Origin: Raillietiella orientalis
Lineage: Eukaryota
Length of the DNA stretch: 64,000 bases
NCBI GenBank assembly: GCA_036172245.1
Contig: JAYWIR010000023.1
Location: 1,302,001 to 1,366,000 of the forward strand
Direction: 5' to 3'
Made by a program: the position numbers and the translations under genes
In this document: one piece after another, positions 53,601-64,000 of the stretch
How positions within the stretch are numbered: the first letter of the stretch is position 1
Layout of the letters: the number at the start of each line of letters is the position of its first letter
The notes under the pieces: model-generated
Database searches by the model: none
Told to the model about the DNA's origin: nothing
What the model saw: only the letters and a program-made list of their open reading frames with translations

Positions 53601-54900
53601 GCACTCTTGTTGCTCTGAGCAGGAGCTAGCTGGAAAAGAAAAAAAAATACTCTCTCGAGGAAGGCTAGGCAAAAGGCTCTCTTTCTCCTCTTTGTAATCT
53701 CGTACCCCTGCGAGATGGGATTCTGCTTCCTGCCTGCTACGAAATGGTCTTCGAAATGCTTCGAACTTTGATCTTCTTTCAGCAGAGAAGAGAAGATCAG
53801 ACAATATTCTACAGGCATGCAAACAGTCTTGTCCTCAGCGCAAAAGAGTCTTGGAAAAAAAGTGGTTTTCATGTTTGATCCTCCTGTGCGAAAATCAATC
53901 CGTGAACCCCTTGAAGAGCACCCTTCCAACACGATCGATGTGCTTCTCCGCTGGAGTTGCCGGATGGGAGACTTTGGGCAACGCTGACTTGATCAACGCT
54001 CATTCGGTGAGCGAAGACACCGCAGATGTCTTCGCCGTGCACTGGGTATCCGCCGGCGAGGTGGGAAAGCGACCATACCGAAGATGAAAGCCGGACGGAG
54101 ATTGCCACGGGTTTACCCCCGCTGACGCATTCACAGATGCTTCCCTCCCTTTTCCCGCTCCTTTGCCACCCTCCCAGGGAGAACACACCACTAAAGAGTG
54201 AGGAGGGGAGGGGGGAAGATGATCCCGTTGACACCGGAGGCATCCATCAGAGGCATCCTGTCCATCAGGTGACACGCGACATTCGTATCGAAAGTGTCCG
54301 AAGTCTTCATGGAGTCCTGCTGCAATTTACAATAAGGATAATTGGAACAAAAACCAGTAGGAGAATTCTTCATCACTAAATTGTGGAAACTTGGATTCCG
54401 GTACAGGGAGTCAAAGACTTAAGGGAAGATCGAAATGGAATCAGCTCGTATCGCATCTCTGCTCTAACACGAGAGTGGGCACTTCGAGACATCAAGGATT
54501 CATTTCATCAGAGGTACATGAGCTTAAGGATGTGAAGAGACCAATATTAGATTTCGGCAAAGCCTACGAGTGCCTAAGCGAAGCTCGTGGCTTAGGACTG
54601 CTTCCATCGAAACTCACCAAGCAACAGATCACCACGAAAGTGATCCCAATAATGAACTGAGAGTTGTCCCAATGACAATACCTAAATGCCACGAGAAGAT
54701 TCCACTTTCCTCGCCTGGGTACTGCCAGAAGTCGGGAATATCTGAGAAGACAAAATGGACATCCATCAACAGTAACATCAGGAAACTGTATGAAGGTCCC
54801 AGAAAGGGCAGCCAATGGATGCCTGTGTGCTGGTACATCAACGAGATATCCTGACCTATCCAATCTTCTGATGACAGCTGCTTCAACTCGTTAGGCTTTC
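53600..54900 (-). pseudogene. Possible rhabdovirus-like glycoprotein fragment between two L pieces
   Basis: Cys-patterned GFCSNYPYCKLQQDS, and ICECVSGGKPVAISVRLSSSVW resembling the CxxxxCGxxGxRxxxGxW segment of G. Confidence 0.35.
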
Positions 54901-56250
54901 TAGATCCAGCGACACAAGATTTATTCGAGAGGGCGTTGAGCTACAGGCACCTCCAACGCGCGGATTTTGGTCTCAGGGTTTTCACATCCCTCGCGATTGA
55001 TGGATGTCGAAACAGACTCGGTAGCAACACAGGAAATATCCGGACGACAGAAAGGCGGGTATCTGGAACTGAGGTTGAGAGACAAGAGAGAAAAGTCTGA
55101 TAAAGAAGAAACATTCAGGACTTCATTCGGAAACAGCCTCGGTGAGCGGATTCTCTCAAGTGAATGCAAACTTTCGGGCTGCTGAAAAAAGCAAACGTTG
55201 GGTCCATCCAGCAATTCTGCCTGTGTTTGATGTTTCCTCCTTGTCAGGAGAGATTAACCTACGTCTGAGTCCGAAGAATTGAGGAAAAAAGTGGACCAGA
55301 TTTCGAAACACAGAAAGAAATTTTTTTGCAACAATTTCATTTCTCTTCTTCAGTGGTGAGCTATGGATCTCTTCGTTTGCCATCTGCATTCTTTCTGGAA
55401 CTCCTGCTTGTTCACTGCTTATCCATTACACTTCAAGATGATGAAGTTGGCTACTCGTGACTTTTCCTTATGTTTTATGCAGGGAAATACAAGTTCATAT
55501 TGGAGAGTCGAGTGGATTCCAGAGTAGTCCGCGCTGCTCGGTGACAGCAACTGAAATCCATCTATCACAGAGATGATCACCATGGTATGTAGGTATTCGC
55601 TTTCTTCAACGGAGAAACTCGATCATATCCTAAAATTTCCAACATTTCAGTGACCTCAAATTTCTTACATTCATTCGATCAGATTCCAAACGTCCTTCCC
55701 AGCAAATGCACCAACAACAGTTATGCTTTCCTTTGCTTTGAAAAGCCGTGCTTTGAAATCTTAGCTTCCTACGTCTCTTCTGCTCACTTACTGATTTTTT
55801 TGGTCCTTGGAATCCGGAGTCCCATTCTTGTCTTCGTGATGATCATTTTTGAGTCTCTGCTCAGACCCAGCTGTGCCTCGATGGCTGTGCATTCTGAGAG
55901 TCAATTTCAAGGAGCAGATATTTAAATAAATTCTCGTTTCAACTTGTGCTCTTTCCCACGATGAAAAAAATGTCATAGCAGATTTTCAAGTCGGAGGACC
56001 CTGTGATTTTCTCGAAGGTTGTTCATCTCATTATTCAGAGTGCATTTCTCGAAGTCATTTCTCAGAAGCAGAGTGCATCCCACTGCGCTCTGCTGTCATG
56101 CTAACGTCCCAGGAATGCGCCTTCAGATGTCGGCTGAACAGGCGGTTTCTTCTGTAGCTTCCTTTGAAGCAACAAAAAAGTTTTTTTTTCTTCTTTCCAT
56201 CATCAGTTGACTTTCAATCACAAGAATAGATGACGTTATTCGAAATTTCG
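54900..56250 (-). pseudogene. Endogenous viral L fragment, N-terminal region
   Basis: PQFFGLRRRLISP (~55245-55285; LFGLxRxWGHP-like), then ETKIRALE (RRxL region). Confidence 0.55.
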
Positions 56251-56849
56251 AAAGCTGATATCAATGCGAGTCATCTATACTTGTTTTTAAAAAACAGCAA
56301 CCGCAGCAGCAGAAGCAACAAAAACATAAATATAAAAAAAAACCACTGAATTTTCTCCGTGGAAGACCCAGCAACCTCCCTCCCTCTTCCAAGTGCCACA
56401 TAATCGCATCGCTTTGAGTCAGACACAAAATTCCATAGATAATTCCGCTTCTAAGAAGTGCAAGACTTCATCAGAAAATGCCGAAGATGCCGTGGCATTC
56501 GACACGAAGGTGAATTGTGCAGAGAAATCAAACAGATGTGAGTAAAGTAAAGCTGCTAACACGAAGCCGTTGCGAACCACCCTATGGCTATTCCACCTAC
56601 AGCAGTTGCGGGAAGAATCCAGTCGTTCACTCCAGATGCAGACCTAGGAGTGTTCATGTCCTATGTGGCACCTGAAAAGATCAGCAGGCCGAGCAAGGAC
56701 ATCAGAATATAGGTCCTCCAATATCTGATGAGCAGTGTCCATCTTCGTAAGTCCGAGTGCCCTGGACTTACGAAGAAGCCGAACTGAACATGATACCAGC
56801 TCTCTGGTGAGTACACGTTTGGTCGGCTCACAGCGAGCCAAATCACCTC

Positions 56850-58809
56850 CCGCGTGCGCATGCTCCAGCGCACAGAGAGAGGCACAGGACTCCCTCGTCG
56901 AGGAGCGTCCGGGTCACGGAAAGTCCACGCCCTGCGCCGCATAGCACCGAGCGGATTCCCTCCATGTCGAGATTCCTGCTGCCCCTTCCCGCACTCCTCG
57001 CGCCTAAGCGGACTGTGTTCTCGCCCGACGCGCAGGACGCGACATCGAAAAAGAGGCAACGGGAGGAAAGGGAGCCATGAGTGAGTCGGAAAGGGAGGGT
57101 AGGACAGGCGTCTTTGGCAGCGGTCTCTCGGAACGGGCGCCGGCGATCTCCTCCCTGCCTTCCACTCCCAGGTGAGGCCACCTGGCGGCCGTCCTCACGC
57201 TGACCTCCCTTCGCTGCGCCTGCGTCTCGGGCACGTGACGATGGCGTCGTCGCGATCACTGCGCCGGTCGAGAGTCCGAGTCGGACTCGGAGAACCGCCG
57301 CAGCAGATCGCGGGCGGTGTGCTCCCGGTACAAGAGCGCCGATAGGCCAGTCTCCTCGGTAGTTCGCCTGTCCCACTCTCCCTTTCCGATTCATCCATGG
57401 CTCCCTTTCCTCCCGTTGCGTCTTTTTCGATGTCGCGTCCTGCGCGTCGGTGGGCCCTCCCCTGGAACTTTTTCGGCCGGGAGTCGACTTCCCAACCGGC
57501 TTGTTTGTGGTAAATAGACGCCTCGGCGTGACCGGGCGAGAACGCCGTCCGAAAGCAGGTGCGGAATCGACTCCATCGACCCGCACCTGGAGCAGTTCCA
57601 GGATGCGGTTTCCCGGAGACGAGATGCCAGAGCTGATTCCCGGTGCAGGGAGAGCAGCAACACCGCCTGTTTCCACGTCACAGGGAACACGGGAGCGTTT
57701 AAACGCAAGGAGGGAAGAGGGGAGGAACCGCAAGTTCTTCGTTCTTGACTGCGCGGACCACCGAAGGACTTCCGTGGATCTGGGCGGATCCGCGGAGTGG
57801 CGGCACCCGCCAACTCGCGCGCGCCCGCGGATCGCGCGGGCGTGAGAGCGGCGGTTGTTTCAGGGAGCGCGGAGTATCGAGCGTGCTCGGTATGGCAGCA
57901 CGGGTCGGCGAGGCGCCCGTTCTGCATCCCTGTGCGCGAAAATCCCTTCACCTTCTCTGCCCTCCCCCCAAGGTGATTGGCAACGCCCTGCCGGTCAGCC
58001 CAGAGAAGCCACGTGACGACAATGGGAGGGCGCTGATGGTGACCTACGAACAGACACGGGAAGCTGTCCCTCGAGGCAGGGGGAGGAACTGGCGGCTCCT
58101 GCCAGGGCGCTGGTGGTGGCAGGTAGGATCCTTGGTGGCCTGCGCTGAGGTGCTTCTTCTGCCGCGGCGCGAGGACGGAAGGAGCGAAGTGGACGCGCCG
58201 CCGAACTGCGTGCTGAGCTCGCTCTCCGTGCGACCGCCTCCGGCCAAGATGAACAGTGTCCACGAACGCAGACGTCGGCACAGGTGTCAACGACCGCGAA
58301 CGCAGGAGGACCGCGAATCGGAAAAGGCGTGGACGACGCGAGAGACCCCTCCCACATGACGCCTTGCCTGCATCCCGTGCCGGACGTCTCCTTGTGCATT
58401 CCTTTCCAGCTTGCGACCGACCGGGTAGCCAGGAAGACTCGGCGGCGGAAACTGCGATGGGTTCTCCCGAAGATTCATCGGTTGCCGCAGAGTTTCGAAC
58501 GAAGTGATGCGACGGGATCGTCGAGGATACTCGTGGGTCCGAACGAGGACCTGGGCAGCTTGTTCTCATTCTTCGGTACCCCTAATTCTCTCTGGACGGA
58601 TGCTGCTTCCGGGTTCTTTTGGCTTCCCGTTTCGCCGTTCTTCTCAGAAGAGCCGCTCTGGTATCCTTCGCTGCAAAGCAGCTTCCGGACATCAAGAAGC
58701 CGTTGGAGATGTGCGTTTCCTACCGCGACGGTATGCCTTCCTCGCGCGTCTTCAACTCCTTGTCGAAGACGCCGCGAGATGCTGTTCAAGCAAGGGGCAA
58801 TTTATTTCC
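56850..58809 (-). repeat. Right arm of the ~1.96-kb inverted repeat (L CR IV-V + LINE 3' fragment + L piece)
   Basis: Reverse complement of 38891-40850. Confidence 0.97.
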
Positions 58810-60770
58810 AAAAGCCATCTTTAGAGACTGGTCCAAGTGGAAATGTCTTCTCGTGAAATGCTCCCTGTTCCACCCTGCGAAGGAGTAGTGCGTCTCTCCA
58901 GCAAGCCGCATTCAGAGATGTTTCGTGCTCTCCGAACGCATTCCTGGATCCCATGCAAGTGCGTCGTCAGCTGCCACCTCTGAGTTTTTTTCCGAATTCT
59001 CTTCGAGAGAGATCTTCCATGTCAGTGTGCCGTCTGTGTAGAAGAGCGAAAAGGTTTGTCGCCGAGATGATGGTTTGGTCAGCACTGGTCTGCTTTGTTT
59101 TGGGTCCTCGGCATGCTCTACGGGGCTCGAGAATCTCGAATTCGGAGGAAGCGAAAGTATCTATTTGGACGATGAAATCTGTTCTGCTCGTTAAGCATTC
59201 TTGCCATGAAATATTCTTTTTTTTTCTTTTTAAAAGAAAAGAACAGCAATGAGTCCTTGAATTCTCTCAGTGTCCTGTGAAGCGCATTTCATAAAGTACA
59301 AATCCATTCGAAGCTTTGGATGTTTGTTGCTGATGATTTTTGAAGGAGTACCTCAAAGTTGAAAGATCATCTTTGGGAATCTGGAATTCCGGATTTTCAG
59401 CTGCGTCTATGCAGAGTCAATTCATAGGCGGGATGAAATTGGACCAGTGGAAGCTGCAATCGTGCGAATGCTTGGAAAGAGATGGAAGTGTGCATGTTAC
59501 ACCCGGGTTTCCCCAAGTGTTGCTTGGAAGGAAGACCGAGACACCTATGAGCAGGCGAGCACTGATGCGGTGTTGTTGGCTTCCGGTTCAGGTGATCACA
59601 AACACGAACAAGTGAGTAAGTTCAAAAGGTGTTGAAGATGCACGTCCTTGCCTTCCTAGGGTTTGAACTAGGGCTTGCTCGAAATCCACTAGCTGACCAC
59701 CCTTGCCGAGTTCTTTGAGATCTCTTCGAGCATCTTCTTCGGAAGGAGGCTGGCGACTGAAGTCGAAGACAGGAATATTACCAGACTGCCTCCTATCATT
59801 CCATTCCCTCTACTTCCTCGCTCCTATCGATCGGAATTTCCTGGACCCCAAGAATTTGCCATTCGATTTCTTCCGCATGTTTCGATGGGCAAACTTTACG
59901 AACACAGAAAGGTCACAAGGTCGTTCGGAAGACTTTGAATTGGAATTTCATTTAGAAAAACAAAATAAAAATAGAACACTTATCACCAGTGAAACTTCGA
60001 AAATAAACAACACGGGAATGATACTCTGATGCTAGCAGTATAGGAGGGAGAAAATTATACGAATGCAATTAATGTGAAAATAAATTTGCACCTGAATTCC
60101 AGGATGACTGCGCCCGGAACACATGCTGGACGTGATGCATGACTGCTGCGATCATCATGGTATTTTCGAGATTTGAATTACATCCATGAAATGCTTTGGT
60201 GCTACTCTTATCATTGCAATTATGTACCGCTCTCAGGATGTGTGCTTCGTGCTCAACTCTCTTGGCAAGTTGGTGGAGCACCCACCCACCCTTCAGTGGA
60301 TTCCGCCTTTGGGGAATGTAAATCAAGGTTTAGACTAGAATCTTACAGGGTCAATTCGTAACACACAGTTTGTTCGCATCCCAGTGTTTGTCGGAGCAGG
60401 CAGTGAGAAACCCTTAAAGTCTGCCGTTAAAAAAAAAAAAAAGGATTTGCCATTTGGCCGCGATTTCACGATGACCTCAGGTCCAATGGATGTTCCGTGG
60501 TTCTGCGAATGAAAGCGGCGCCACAACTCATCAAGTTTCCAGTGCATGGTAGGCAAGTCGTGGCTCCAAGTTCGTTGAATTGATGCGCGCTATGCGGATA
60601 TCTCGGTGCGTTTAGTGAATGATTGCGAGACCCTCTAATGGAGTCTTCGAACCCACAACGAAGGATGAGCACATTCATTGTCATTGGAACGTCATTCTTA
60701 CGCACCATCTATCCGATGGTGAATTAATGACTCATCATTCTTTGCATTGAGATGTTCTGAAAGCACATTT
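58100..60770 (-). pseudogene. Endogenous viral L fragment: motif F/A region through CR V
   Basis: VFVKFAHRNMRK (~59870-59906; motif A-like), GGQLVDFEQALVQ (~59662-59702; motif B-like), LGETRV (motif D), LNSISRRLRQGVE..NAHLQRLL (CR IV) and RQGVMWEGSLASSTPFP (CR V). Confidence 0.68.
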
Positions 60771-60789
60771 TAGATCCCATAATAGACGC

Positions 60790-62760
60790 TGAGTGCTGAA
60801 GAGCTGTTCGCCTAGGAACACGCGAAGCCCTCTGACTCTGTGCGGGCCGCCCGAGGGTGAGTGTTACTCTTCAAGTTATAGGGAATAATCCTAGGAGGGA
60901 CCACACTGTGAATCCAGAAAGGCTCTAAAGTCAGGACTCCGTTTCTTTTACGCTTGGTAGGAAAATCCGAAGGGAACCTTCCACCCTAGTTGTGTCCGAA
61001 GGGAACTCCGAAAGGATCCTCTTCGTCCCCATTCTCTCCGGAGGGATCTCCCGAAGGGGATCACTCCCCATTTCTTGAATTTCCACCTGGATGCCCCGGG
61101 ACGTTTCTTAAAATTTAAAAGAAACTCACAAATTCTGATGGGACACGTGGTGGTCCTACCACACTCTGTTTGTCCACGGACCCTCCGGGTCACCGGTGCG
61201 CAGAGCAGCGGGGGTCACCTCGGCAGCGGAGGGAGAGGGGAGAAAACAAAAATAAAAATAAAAGGAAGAGTAAATAAAAATAAATAAATACTTTATAAAT
61301 AAATAAAAACTTTGGGAGGGTCGGGAAGAGACCCCTGGGAGTCTGCATCCTTTATAGGATGCCAGCAACCAGGTCCGTCCGAATGGATCCCAGGCGGGAC
61401 CATATATACGCAGAAATCGAACTGCAAGCTGGACGGCGTCCCCACATTTCTTCTTCTGTCGGCTTCGTTCCAGGCTGCCGCAATCCCGCGGATGCAGCAG
61501 AGCACTGCTAGGGCTACGTCCGGCAGAAGGGCATCCTGCACGAAGAGGAGCCGTAAAACGTCCCTGGGGGTGCCAACCGGGATCCGTAGGGGCATACCTA
61601 AACGTTTTCATAGGGGCCGGAGGGCCGCACAGTCCACAAGCAGTTGCGGGAGGGATTCCTGTTCCCAGCACCTGCGACAGTCCGGACTCGCCCTCCCCAC
61701 CGTAGGCGATGTTGCAGGGATCCCAGTGCGACAGCAAAAGCGCCGACTCCTGCCACTCCAGGAGGGGGACGCTGCTGTTCTTGAGCACTGGGGGCCACTC
61801 CAGGTCTTCGCTAAAAATACCGAACAGCTCTCTTCAGAGGTGCAGTCTTCGTGGAAGGAACTCGGGGTTGCAGCATCCGCCAGCTGTCCCACGGTCCATC
61901 ACTCATCAGATTTCGCCTGCCTGCGATCTCGCAGGAGACCTTCCACCTCAGCATCTGGCTGCTGCCCAGTGCACTCCTTAGGAAGGGCATCGTTGCCTCG
62001 AGGTGGATCGCTCCGCCCACGCGGTCATGCTGGGATTCTCGAGGATCTTGTGGGCAAGGGAGTTTGGGCGGTGGAATTTCTTCTCCGGAGGGAGCTTACA
62101 AGGGAACCGCTCCTTGATACTCCTCTGAAGAGAACCCCGAAACAACGATGCCCAATTTCTCTGAAAGGTCACTTACCGAAGGGAACAGCATGCTTCTTGG
62201 CACTCTAGAGAGGCATCATCATCAATCCATCAGCTCCATGGAGCGCGATGGAGGGTCGCCCCGTAGAGGAAACGACACGGACAGCCGATGGACGCGCTGG
62301 TGCTCGAACAGGAAGAAGCCTTTCATGCTGCCTATCTGTCCCACGTTCCTGTATCCGTGCCGGGCCGACACTCGGCCGGCTTCCTGGGATCATCCCGAGA
62401 TGTTGACGGCGAACCGATTGGTGTGGACGTCCTGCCTGGCGCAGGTCAGCGGGGTGCCAGGATGGCGAGCGGACCGCCACACCGGAGGAGCCAATCCACG
62501 GCAACCATGGCACGGAGGAGGAGGTGAATGCGAGCCCACGGGGGAGCGCGCAGTGTTCAAAACGACGATGGCAGGTGCAAGGGGGGAAGAGTGCTCCTTT
62601 TTTGCCACCGGAGGGGAACCACGAAGGGAACCGGTGCTCGTTGATCCCTGGGAGGACGCCGGATGGTCGACTTCCAATCGCAGCCAGTCAACGGTGGCAT
62701 CCGTTTTCCTCCTTCCATTAGTGGAGCACATCTGAAGCCCACAGGCCAGCAAGCGCCATC
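60790..62760 (-). mobile_element. Composite UUCG-hairpin element copy A4, split by a LINE fragment (61085-62070) and retaining an extra RT-thumb-like segment (62215-62560)
   Basis: 60790-61080, 62085-62212 and 62590-62715 align collinearly with copy A2. Confidence 0.72.
61085..62070 (-). mobile_element. L1/Tx1-like LINE 3' fragment
   Basis: LKNSSVPLLEWQESALLLSH / GIPAT..PDCRRCWEQESLPQLLVDC, followed by a T/A-rich 3' UTR (61243-61310). Confidence 0.72.
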
Positions 62761-62796
62761 CTGCAGAGGGGACTCTTAGCCCCCGACGAACCTATT

Positions 62797-62888
62797 CGAT
62801 CCTTCCCCAGGTGGGATTCGAACCCGCAACGAATGGCAGCACGCACGGAGACCTCAGCCACATGGCTGTCAACGTGGACTCGTGTATG
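62797..62888 (-). other. tRNA-like Pol III cassette, second copy
   Basis: B box at 62824-62814. Shares CGATCCTTC.CCAGGTGGGATTCGAACCCGCAA and CAACG.GGAC with 33153-33245. Confidence 0.6.
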
Positions 62889-63099
62889 AGTAATTTTTTC
62901 TTTGTATGTTGCTTACTACTGGAATTTATTTGATGATTTAATAAAGTTGGTATGCTTGATAGAATCAAGCTTTGCATTGGTGTATCCGGGGTTTATGGGT
63001 AGGATTAAGGTTTCTGTGAAGAAGAAGATGATTGCTGATTCCACATTAAGGCAGCAGAGAATAGTATTTATGGGATTGAGATTAAGGAATAGGATTTGA

Positions 63100-63760
63100 G
63101 GTTGAGAGAGTGCTACTTTATCATTTTTTTCGTAGATGTGACTTGCCAGATTGGAATTTCATTTTGACACACGTCGGCCTGTTGCTGTACATTTTGCTCT
63201 TCCCGTGTTGTATTGCATCCAGCTTCACTTGACAAATTGATTCACTCTTTCATTCTGTTACAAAAGTTCCAGGAAGAACTCAGAGCGGAGTCGTCTGGAG
63301 GGTGCAGCCTGATCCATGGGAAATGATTGTGTGTGTGTGACTTGACGCGAGGTCCTCTTTGGAAAACGGGATGAAATAAAATCATCAGGTCAGCGACCTT
63401 TACTGCAGTCAGAGACCGATTGCTCAAGAAATGTTTTAAATTTTAAAAACCTATGGGGCGCTGGGGGAACATGAAAAACGGACGATCTTTCATTTTGATC
63501 CTTTTCCATGCTCGCGAGCGTGGAAAGATTCTGCCGGAATCGCATTCGTTTTAGGGGAAAATTTCTGGAATTTTGGCTCCGAGTCTCTGCTAATAACGCA
63601 AGAGATTACGCCGTAATAAACGCAAGTATAAGAACACCTGAACGTATTGGGCAACACAATCTCATCTCCATAAAACGCTACATTCACACGCAAGCCCACG
63701 ACACTAGACACTACACTCAAGGTTGCGCACAGCAAAAGTGCAAGAGGGCATCAAATGCAC
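63100..63760 (-). pseudogene. Possible viral glycoprotein fragment
   Basis: FRCSYTCVYYGVISC, HPVFQRG..H..WI and CVKMKFQSGK appear in the order expected for rhabdovirus G. Confidence 0.35.
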
Positions 63761-64000
63761 TTTGCAGGTGAACATCACCTGAAGAGTGCCAAGACGACGT
63801 AACCAAGTGCTTCCTGTGATGTGAACATGGGCTCTTGAGATCTGAACCGTCCACGGTTCTAGGTATGCCTAGGAAGAAGTTTCTGAATGCCTGGCTCCAC
63901 ATGAACTCGGTGGTTTTCTTCGAGGTGCTGGAAGCGACCTGGGACCCTAAGAGTGAGCATCCAAGTTATTGCTGCCTTGTTCTTGTTTGCATATCTGCTG

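Noticed and set aside
61895..61920. Hammerhead ribozyme core (CTGATGA next to GAAA on the minus strand)
   Set aside because: Spacing and stems do not fit; other CTGATGA sites also lack the flanking helices.

Overview
Eukaryotic, insect-like genomic DNA with spliceosomal introns and many microsatellites. Two intact host genes lie on the minus strand: the 5' four exons of a plexin-domain-containing (PLXDC/TEM7-like) gene at 1-1275, and a complete 16-exon exocyst Sec15/EXOC6 gene at 16042-24648 (777 aa by my exon sum, with several 43-57 nt introns and one GC-AG intron). A decayed piggyBac transposase lies at ~9.4-10.5 kb. Most of the rest (1.7-9.2 kb, 13-15 kb, 25.9-64 kb) is a dense archive of decayed endogenous negative-strand RNA virus sequence. 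It holds about 12 Mononegavirales (rhabdovirus-like) L-polymerase fragments, in which the RdRp motif B/C region recurs about 8 times in mutually divergent form, plus weaker N-, M- and G-like pieces. All are on the minus strand except one inverted, duplicated block. The viral pieces are interleaved with L1/Tx1-like LINE 3' fragments and with a recurrent composite element (UUCG-hairpin array + LINE remnant + tRNA-like Pol III cassette), and are overlaid by nested inverted repeats of 30 bp, 86 bp, ~530 bp and ~1.96 kb. The architecture resembles a uni-strand piRNA-cluster-like antiviral archive directly upstream of housekeeping promoters; this is an inference. All protein assignments are by-eye motif matches across frameshifts and stops. 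No searches were run, and viral fragment boundaries are approximate (about +/-200 bp).
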